A stretch of 15,877 bases of DNA from Octopus sinensis. Taxonomy: Eukaryota. How positions within the stretch are numbered: the stretch's first letter is position 1; the number at the start of each line of letters is the position of its first letter. The stretch covers positions 1 through 15,877 of the forward strand of contig NW_021825361.1 of NCBI RefSeq assembly GCF_006345805.1, in the 5' to 3' direction. Below are positions 8,838 to 15,877 of the stretch, in pieces. Made by a program: the position numbers and the translations under genes. The notes under the pieces were generated by a model that was given only the letters and a program-made list of their open reading frames with translations, did not search any database and was not told where the DNA came from.

Positions 8838-8902
8838 GGCTCCGATGAAGCTGTAAGGTGTTATGAGTCCACTGCCACTCATAGCAGAAACAGCTGTAAG
8901 CC
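8838..8902 (+). ncRNA. Type-I hammerhead-like motif (C4 variant, 10-nt insertion before helix II)
   Basis: ggct-CCGATGA-[agctgtaagg]-tgttatgagt(ccactgcc)actcatagca-GAAA-CAGCTG-TA-agcc: 10-bp helix II, palindromic helix III ACAGCTGT, 4-bp helix I. Confidence 0.55.
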
Positions 8903-9547
8903 AATGAAGTTCATAAGATGATTGTTTATTCCTTTATCGTCTCATTTTCTTCTTGTATATAACAGGTCGGATCAATAAATATTCGGACTGTTACCACAGT
9001 AACGAAGCTAAAGCAAGCAGAGGGAAGCCGCTTGACACAGATGGATCTTGAACTCTGCTGTGTATGCGCACTAAGTTTTATAGCCCTAGCTCTCTTCTGC
9101 TGTTTACAGCAATGCTTGGAAGGAAGGGGTGTAACGTGTGATCATCGTATTGAACATGACAGAGAAAGTTGGCACAGCGATACCTGCTCAGACGCCGACG
9201 CAATGTTGCAGAAAGTGTATGGAGAGGAGTGAATGAGCCGCGCACAAGTTTACGAGTGGTTCAGAAGTTTCGAAGATGGCTGAAAAATGTCGATAGTGAC
9301 GAATGTTCTGGGAAGCCCGAAATCAGCAGAACAGAAAATCATCGCAGATGTTCGTGCAGCTGTGAAGGGAAATCATTGAATCGCCATCCGTGAGTTATCA
9401 CAGGATGCGCAGATTAGTTACGGTTCAGTTCAGTCCATTATCACTGAAGATTTGGATATGAGAGGCCTATCTGCCAAGTTTGTGCCAAAACTGCTTTCAG
9501 CTGATCAAAAGGACAGTCGGGTTTCAATTGCACAAAATCTCCTTGAC

Positions 9548-9936
9548 TCTCTTTACTCTTTTACTCTTTTACTTGTTTCAGTCATTTGACTGCGACCATG
9601 CTGGAGCACCACCTTTAATCGAGCAAATCGACCCCGGGACTTATTCTTTTGTAAGCCCAGTACTTATTCTATCGGTCTCTTTTGCCGAACTGCTAAGTAA
9701 CGGGGACATAAACACACCAGCATCGGTTGTCAAGCAATGCTAGGGGGACAAACACACACATACATATATATATATACATATATACGGCAGGCTTCTTTCA
9801 GTTTCCGTCTACCAAATCCACTCACAAGGCATTGGTCGGCCCGGGGCTATAGCAGAAGACACTTGCCCAAGGTGTCACGCAGTGGGACTGAACCCGGAAC
9901 CATGTGGCTGGTTAGCAAGCTACTTACCACACAGCC
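9548..9936 (-). mobile_element. SINE family A, near full-length, inserted in the mariner transposase
   Basis: Complete tail, internal microsatellite and tRNA-like head on the minus strand. Confidence 0.93.
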
Positions 9937-9971
9937 TTTCGGGATCGATAAATTAAGTACTAGTTGCGTAC
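9937..9971 (+). mobile_element. SINE family B core fragment
   Basis: tttcgggatcgataaattaagtactagttgcgtac matches the family B core. Confidence 0.75.
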
Positions 9972-10236
9972 TGTGTCGAGAACGATGAAAACTTTTTGAA
10001 AACTTTGCTTTGGCCTCTGAGCAGGTATCGCCAAGCTCTGTCATGGTCATTGCGATGATCACTCGCTACACACGTTCCTTCCAAGCACTGCTGTAAACAG
10101 CGGAAGCGAGCTAGAGTGTTAAAACTTAGTGTGCATGCACAGCAGAATCCAAGGTCAGTGTTTTCCAAATGGCTTCACTCTACAAGCTTTAGTTTTGTTA
10201 CTATGGCAACAGTCCGGATACTTATTGATCAGACCA

Positions 10237-10292
<56 letters not shown>

Positions 10293-10317
10293 ATAAACCT
10301 TTACAAAAATAAATAAC

Positions 10318-10520
10318 GTGAAATACACGAAGGGACGAACAAAAAGACAAACGGGTCATTCAAAGCCTTCGTTCTTCAGTCAGAAACTGATCCCTCATCG
10401 CAGATTTCGGCTGTTTAATTCTGAGATCCGCTCTGAATCAGCCAGCCACAGAAGGAAAGAATGCAACGCAACAGAGACGAACAAGAAACGAAAAATCTTT
10501 TTTGGAGATAGTAACGGTTA
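10318..10520 (-). repeat. Unclassified interspersed repeat, homologous to ~13975-14090 (possibly a Penelope-type terminal repeat)
   Basis: The reverse complement shares tttcctt..ggctggc..gagc..atctc..cagccgaaat..gactgaNgaa..gaatgaccc with the 13975-14076 block. Confidence 0.5.
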
Positions 10521-10630
10521 AAAACATGGATGACACAGGCGCCCTACGGCTTTGAGACAAAAATGCACACCCACACACGCACCCACACATACATATAATC
10601 ATAACATTCATGCTATCAAATAGCCCATCA

Positions 10631-10668
10631 CCCAAAATTTCAGGTCTTGCGCCTATAATAGAAAGAAT
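10631..10668 (+). mobile_element. SINE family B tail fragment
   Basis: cccaaaatttcaggtcttgcgcctataatagaaagaat matches the multimer tail. Confidence 0.6.
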
Positions 10669-11005
10669 GGCTTTATGACGTGGTCTTTTACATCATAAAA
10701 GATTACATCATCATTACTAAATATGAAGCCGTTTATCCACAGAATGGCATCAGCTTTCAATTGCGATGCAAAATGTTCCCACGACAGAACAAGAATTCGT
10801 GGCTTTCATTGGTGCTCCATAGATAACAGGATCTCAAAACTATCGACCACACTCCACATTCTTCAACGTAATTTAAACAAAAGTAACAGCCTCATTTTAC
10901 AGGTCAGCCGTTCTTGACTCATAAACATAAACATAAGAACTGTCGTACTCTTCTCCCATGTCACTCAGCCATTAAAAAAAAACAAAACCTATGGACTCTT
11001 TTGGT

Positions 11006-11310
11006 GGAGGCACATGGCCTAGTGGTTAGAGCAGCGGACTCGCGGTCGAGGGATCGCGGGTTCGAATCTCAGACCGGGCGATGTGTGTGTTTATGAGTGA
11101 AACACCTAAGCTCCACGCGGCTCCGCCAGAAGGTAATGGCAAACTTCTGCTGATTCTTTCGCCACAACTTTCTCTCACTCTTTCTTCCTGCATCTTGCAG
11201 CTCACCTGCGACGGACCGGCGTCCCGTCCATGTGGAGAACCTAAACGCCAAGGAAACCAGGAAACCGGCCCTTATGGGCCAGGTGTGGCTCGAGAAGGGA
11301 ATAAAAAAAG
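11006..11310 (+). mobile_element. SINE family C (tRNA-Arg-like head, V-domain-like core)
   Basis: A box tggcctagtgg (11015-11025), B box ggttcgaatct (11059-11069), TCG in the anticodon-loop position; cctgcgacggaccggcgtcccgtcca resembles the V-SINE central domain; A-rich end. Confidence 0.8.
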
Positions 11311-11402
11311 GACTTTTTGATTCCTATTTTTCTCGGATGGACCCCCTATAGTCATTTGAAACATTAATAAAATCCCATTATATTTTTGAAATTATACATT
11401 GG

Positions 11403-11550
11403 TTTCAAACTTTGGCACAAGGCCAGCAATTTTGGGGAAGAGGATTAGTCGATTACATCAACCTTAGTGTTCAACTGGTACTTATTTAATCGATCCCGAA
11501 AGAATGAAAGGCAAAGTCAACCTTGGTGGAATTTGAACTCAGAACGTAAA
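11403..11550 (-). mobile_element. SINE family B, 5'-truncated
   Basis: Reverse complement gives B box, core and a ccccaaaattgctggccttgtgccaaagtttgaaac tail. Confidence 0.85.
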
Positions 11551-11555
11551 GATGT

Positions 11556-11581
11556 TATTATCATCATCATCATCATCATCA

Positions 11582-11623
<42 letters not shown>

Positions 11624-11649
11624 TATTATTATTATTATTATTATTATAT

Positions 11650-11688
<39 letters not shown>

Positions 11689-11707
11689 CAGTGTTGTTGT
11701 TGTTGTT
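11556..11707. repeat. Compound trinucleotide microsatellite (ATC)n(ATT)n(AGT)n(TGT)n
   Basis: Direct reading. Confidence 0.95.
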
Positions 11708-11859
11708 ACAACTCTTATCAGTCAGACCTTTTACACCCTTCCACCCGTAATTAAGCACGAAGAATGAAACGGAGGTGGTGAGGGTGTGGTGTGGAGTTTC
11801 TGAGGGGAGATGAAGGTGTGTGGGGACTCGATCTGTCTATTTCTGTACATCATCCACAG

Positions 11860-11892
11860 TGACACCTGTTTTACTGTCAACCACCTGGAATG
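11860..11892 (+). CDS. Candidate micro-exon 3 (33 nt; TPVLLSTTWN in phase 1)
   Basis: ctatttctgtacatcatccacag| acceptor and AATG|gtaatg donor; length is a multiple of 3. Confidence 0.3.
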
Positions 11893-11991
11893 GTAATGAA
11901 TAATGGTGGTGGTGGCAGTAGGGGTGATGATGGTGGTAGTGACGGTGGTGGTGGTGGTGATGGTGGTGTTCCTGACGATGAGTATGATGAC

Positions 11992-12714
11992 GGGTACCAT
12001 AGGACAACCTGACCAGGACAGACCTGGGGCTATATAACAACGAATAACTGGGTACTACAGGTGTGGTGGGTCAAGACTGACCTGAACAACTACTTGGGTA
12101 TCATAGGCCAGGTGGATCAGGAGTGATCTGGAGCTACACAACAAGTACTTGGTTACCAAGGGTTGGGTGGATAGGACTGACCTGGGGCTATACAACAAGT
12201 ACCTGGTTACCACTGGACTGGGGATGAGGATAGACCCGGGGCTATATATGTACCTGGGTACCATTGATCTAGTGGATCATGACTGACCCGGGGCTATACA
12301 TCAGCAAATACCCGGTTAGCATTGGTTTGGTGGATAGGACTGAACATGTACCTGGTACCATAGATCTGGTGGATCAGGACTGACCTAAGGTTATAACACA
12401 ACAAGTACCTGGGTACCATTGATCTAGTGGATCATAGCTAGTAAGCATTAGTTTGGTAGATAGGACTGACCTGGGGCAATATATACAATAACTACCCGGG
12501 TACCATAAGATTGGTGGGTCAGGGCTGACCCGGTTATACAACAAGTACATGGGTATCATTGCTCTTGTGGGTCAGGACTGACCTAGGGCTATGAAGCAAA
12601 TATTTGGGTGCCATAGAGCTGGTGGAAAAGGACAGATCAGGGGCTATACAACAGCATGTACCTATATACCATATGAGTGGTGGATCAGGACAGGCCTGGG
12701 GCTATACAACACCT
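11992..12714 (+). repeat. Degenerate minisatellite, ~14 units of 30-58 bp (consensus ~55 bp)
   Basis: Consensus gggtaccatagatctggtggatcaggactgacctggggctatacaacaagtacct; units start at about 11992, 12050, 12096, 12151, 12205, 12256, 12314, 12354, 12411, 12441, 12498, 12551, 12606 and 12664. Confidence 0.9.
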
Positions 12715-12735
12715 CCTACTGCCCTTGTCCCACAG

Positions 12736-12863
12736 GTCAACATCATGTTACTATCACCGCTACTACAACCACAGACAACAACTCACCCCTGATCCCTCTC
12801 CCCAGTCCTTTTGGTAACCTTAAAACAGGTCAACCAGTGCACTGGTTGTCAGACATGTTTTAA
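12736..12863 (+). CDS. Candidate terminal coding exon (QHHVTITATTTTDNNSPLIPLPSPFGNLKTGQPVHWLSDMF*)
   Basis: Pyrimidine-rich acceptor cctcctactgcccttgtcccacag|, phase-1 open frame to TAA at 12861-12863, AATAAA at 12879-12884. Confidence 0.35.
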
Positions 12864-12878
12864 GAGACCCCTATTTAC

Positions 12879-12884
12879 AATAAA
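12879..12884 (+). terminator. Candidate polyadenylation signal AATAAA
   Basis: 16 nt after the stop codon of the candidate terminal exon. The hexamer alone is common in AT-rich DNA. Confidence 0.25.
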
Positions 12885-12967
12885 CGATCTACAGGTGATG
12901 TATACTTTTATTGCCTTCCTCCTTACTTTTCGCCCTCCTTCCACCTTCCCTTTTCCTTCCTATTGAT

Positions 12968-13026
12968 ACGCACACACACATACACCCACCCACACAGGAT
13001 TACAGATACTCACATACGAACACACA

Positions 13027-13063
<37 letters not shown>

Positions 13064-13362
13064 GAAAGGTAAGTTTAATATTGCAGTCTACAGACAAAAA
13101 CAACAGGCGGCGACGTCACCAAAATATTACCTGTCACTAAATAACACATCTCAATATTGAACTGTATACAAAGCAATACACATACACACACACATTGACA
13201 CACAACATATATAAATAATATACATACAAACATATATATATATATGTATATATACATACATACATATATATATAAGTATATATATACATATATATATAAA
13301 ACATATGTATATTTACATATATATAATATATAAGTATATATATAAATATGTATGTATGTATG

Positions 13363-13428
<66 letters not shown>
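12968..13428. repeat. (CA)n and (TA)n/(TATG)n microsatellite region with a short unique island at ~13062-13170
   Basis: Direct reading. Confidence 0.9.
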
Positions 13429-13809
13429 TGATGTTTGTTTTTATGTTGTAAGTTATAACAAGAGCAGCAGTACTGGAGTATTACTCAACTCCTTTTGTAG
13501 AGTACGAATTTATTTTCTAACAAAGTTATTGACAGTAACTTCGAAGTTTCGGCCTGTTGAGGCATAACAGGACTGTGGTACATTTCGGTTCACCTTGGCT
13601 TTATATATATATATACATACGCATGCGCGCGTGCACACACACACACACACACACGTACACGCACACAAACACGCACACTTACGTAAACACAAACACACAC
13701 AGGCCAGGCCTAACCTTTCTTTCTTGGTTCGGCCACCACCCGTGCAGCATCTATATTCCTCCCTATGTCTTTCACTTCTTATGTCCCTGCCGTAAGGTTT
13801 CACTTCCAC

Positions 13810-14190
13810 ACACGCCAGCTTAATTTAATTCGTCCTTAGTCGAAAGACACTGATTGTTTACGTCATGTTATTTCCATTTGTATTTGTGTACCATTTCTCC
13901 GTTTTTTTTCCGTCCTTGTTTTTGTATACATTCGCTGCTTTTCTTCCAAGGAATCTAGTGCTCTTAGCTTAGAGTTTCCTTGGGGCTGGCCAGATTGGAG
14001 CAATCTCCAGTATAACCAGCCGAAATTGCAAAGATAATCTGGAACTCGACTGACGAAAGAAAACTCCGAATGACCCATCCTTGCTTTTTCTTATCCCTTT
14101 GTTGTATCGTCTGTCTGGATATTTTGTTGATCCTTTTTTGTATCATCTAACTGTTTAGATGTTTTGCGTTCTTGTCCCATTTTTTATATT
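13810..14190 (+). repeat. Unclassified interspersed repeat (homologue of 10318-10520), T-rich flanks and structured centre
   Basis: See 10318-10520. Hairpins ccaaggaa/ttccttgg and ggctgg/ccagcc. Confidence 0.5.
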
Positions 14191-14195
14191 CATAT

Positions 14196-14601
14196 ACTCT
14201 TTTACTCTTTTACTTGTTTTAGTCATTTGACTGCGGCCATGCTGGAGCACCGCCTTTAGTCGAATCAAATCGACCCCAGGACTTATTCTTTGTAAGCCTA
14301 GTACTTATTCTATCGGTCTCTTCTGCCGAACCCTAAGTTACGGGGACCTAAACACACCAGCATCGGTTGTCAAGCAATGTTGGGGGGGGGGTACAAACAC
14401 AGATACACTACATATACACATACATACATACATATAACGACGGGCTTCTTTCCAGTTCCGTCTTACTAAATCCACTCACAAGGCTTTGGTCGGCCCGAGG
14501 CTATAGTAGAAGACACTTGCCCAAGGTGCCACGCAGTGGGATTGAACCGGAACTATGTGGTTGGTAAGCAAGCTACTTACCACATAGCCACTCCTGCGCC
14601 T
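14196..14601 (-). mobile_element. SINE family A, full-length
   Basis: Colinear with 9548-9936; head reverse complement aggcgcaggagtggctatgtggtaagtagcttgc...ccggttcaatccc. Confidence 0.95.
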
Positions 14602-14672
14602 CCACACAGCCACATATATATGTATGTATGTATGTATGATGTATGTATGTATGTATGTATGTATGTGTATAT

Positions 14673-14995
14673 ATACAAGCAGTATAGCCCGGCGTTGCTC
14701 GGGGTTTTTTTTTTTTAGAGTTGTTTCGTTTATTCGTTCTGTCTTATGCTAATACAATCAGTTTTTCTCACAAAAATCGATTGAAATTGCTGAATTTTAC
14801 TCAACGCTGTAGCAGCTGACGACCTTGAAAATTAGAGCATTGACGCAGCGAACATTACTCCTCTGCATTGGATGAGCTGATCCGTCGTTCGCTCAAAACC
14901 AATGACATCACATAAAAATTCTTTTCGACCCTTTAGAATTGGAATTTTTGAAAAGTAAAAATTTTGCTTTATGTAGCTTGTTATTCTCTTTAAGT
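14673..14995 (+). mobile_element. Possible non-autonomous Helitron-like fragment
   Basis: Starts acaagcagtatagcccggcgttgctcgggg, which resembles ACTAGC...CCCGGCGTTGCCCGGG 5' ends of non-autonomous Helitron-type elements (recall only; no internal confirmation). Confidence 0.3.
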
Positions 14996-15617
14996 GAATG
15001 CTTAATGGTATTTCACCCGTCGCTCTGTTCTGAGTTCAAAATCCACCGAGGTCGACTTTGCCTTTCATCCTTTCGGGATCGATAAATTATGTACCAGTTG
15101 CGTACAGTGGTCGATCTAATCGAATGACCACCTCCTCCAAAATTTCAGGCCTTGTTCCTGGAGTAGGAAGGACCGAAGGCGGCGAGCTGGCAGAATCGTT
15201 AGCACGTTGAACGAAATGCTTAGCGGTATTTCGCCCGTCGCTCCGTTCTGAGTTCAAAATCCGCCGAGGTCAACTTTGCCTTTTATCCTTTCAAGGTCGG
15301 TAAATTAAGTACCAGTTGCGAACAGGGGTCGATCTAATCGAGTTACCTCCTCCCCAAAAATTTCAGGCCTTGTTCCTTCCTATAGTAGGAAGGATTGAAG
15401 GCGACGAGCTGGCAGAATCGTTAGCACGTTGGACGAAATACTTAGCTGTATTTCACCCGTCGTTATGTTCTGAGTTCAAAATCCAGTAAGGTCGACTTTA
15501 CCTTTTATCCTTTCGAGGTCGATAAAATAAGTATCAGTTGACCACTGGGGGGTGAATTTGATCGACTCATCTCCGCCTCCCCCAAGCTGACCATGTGAAA
15601 AAAATTTGAAATAATTA
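14996..15617 (+). mobile_element. Head-to-tail trimer of SINE family B (units 14996-15177 truncated, 15178-15399, 15400-15617; 222-bp period)
   Basis: Repeated head, core and tail; heads at 15178 and 15400. Confidence 0.93.
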
Positions 15618-15656
15618 TTTTAGCTTTATCTTTACTTCGAGGACCAATTCCAAATA

Positions 15657-15877
15657 AGAACAAGGGCACTCGGAGAGCGTAAACCTACGTCGAGGCAACA
15701 CCAACGTCCTCTCAACGGTTGGCCGGAGATGTTAAAATTAGAATATCTGAAATAAACTGTTCTCACAAACGAATATACTAAAACTGAACCTGACAGTTCT
15801 CAAAAATTAAGTAAATAAACAGGAAAAATAATCCAGAATCTTTGTCCGGTACCGGATCGGTCCCAAAATCTAATCAG
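15657..15877 (+). mobile_element. Interspersed repeat running off the window end (possibly Helentron/HINE-like)
   Basis: acaagggcactcggagagcgtaaacctacg...gtccggtaccggatcggtcccaaaatctaatcag resembles an octopus repeat recalled from memory; classification tentative. Confidence 0.3.

Larger units (their letters stand above)
9156..10007 (+). pseudogene. Mariner transposase N-terminal fragment (9156-9547 and 9972-10007)
   Basis: MTEK..DTCSDADAMLQKVYGEE*MSRAQVYEWFRSFEDG..IRELSQDAQISYGSVQSIITEDLDMRGLSAKFVPKLLSADQKDSRVSIAQNLLD / CVENDENFLKTL. HTH region plus FVPKLL (WVPHEL-type linker motif); no catalytic DDD domain. Confidence 0.88.
8960..10240 (+). mobile_element. Mariner-like DNA transposon relic with ~240-bp inverted arms, interrupted by SINEs
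   Basis: Terminal 31-mers 8960-8990 and 10210-10240 match 25/31 as inverted repeats and begin with TA. Transposase remnants lie inside. Confidence 0.88.

Noticed and set aside
10690-10975. Possible additional exons (tttatccacag| and cattttacag| acceptors)
   Set aside because: No matching donor giving an open, phase-compatible exon was found.
11006-11080. Possible tRNA-Arg gene
   Set aside because: The acceptor stem does not close and the sequence continues into a SINE body, so it is a tRNA-derived SINE head. The same applies to the heads of families A and B.
11837-12040. His-rich or Thr-rich minus-strand ORFs
   Set aside because: They derive from a (GGT)/(GAT) trinucleotide tract and have no supporting splice or start signals.
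11992-12714. CRISPR-like array
   Set aside because: No unique spacers; units are contiguous and degenerate; eukaryotic context; no cas genes.

Overview
Eukaryotic, AT-rich DNA dominated by microsatellites and transposable elements. The SINE families look like those of Octopus (recognised from memory, not from a database search). No intact protein-coding gene is recognisable, and almost all ORFs in the track are microsatellite artefacts. Main contents: (1) a 5'-truncated, frameshifted Penelope-like retroelement (RT + Cys-rich linker + GIY-YIG, minus strand, 3645-5950) inserted into the internal (TA)n tract of a SINE, splitting it in two; (2) several minimal type-I hammerhead ribozyme motifs of the Penelope type, one with a compensatory U3-A8 core (3695-3742, minus); (3) a mariner relic (8960-10240) whose right end is a ~240-bp inverted copy of its own left end, interrupted by SINEs; (4) three tRNA-derived SINE families, one forming head-to-tail multimers with the same internal order at two loci; (5) a degenerate ~55-bp minisatellite (11992-12714); (6) four short phase-compatible candidate exons on the plus strand (6955-12863) that may be the 3' end of an unrecognised host gene.
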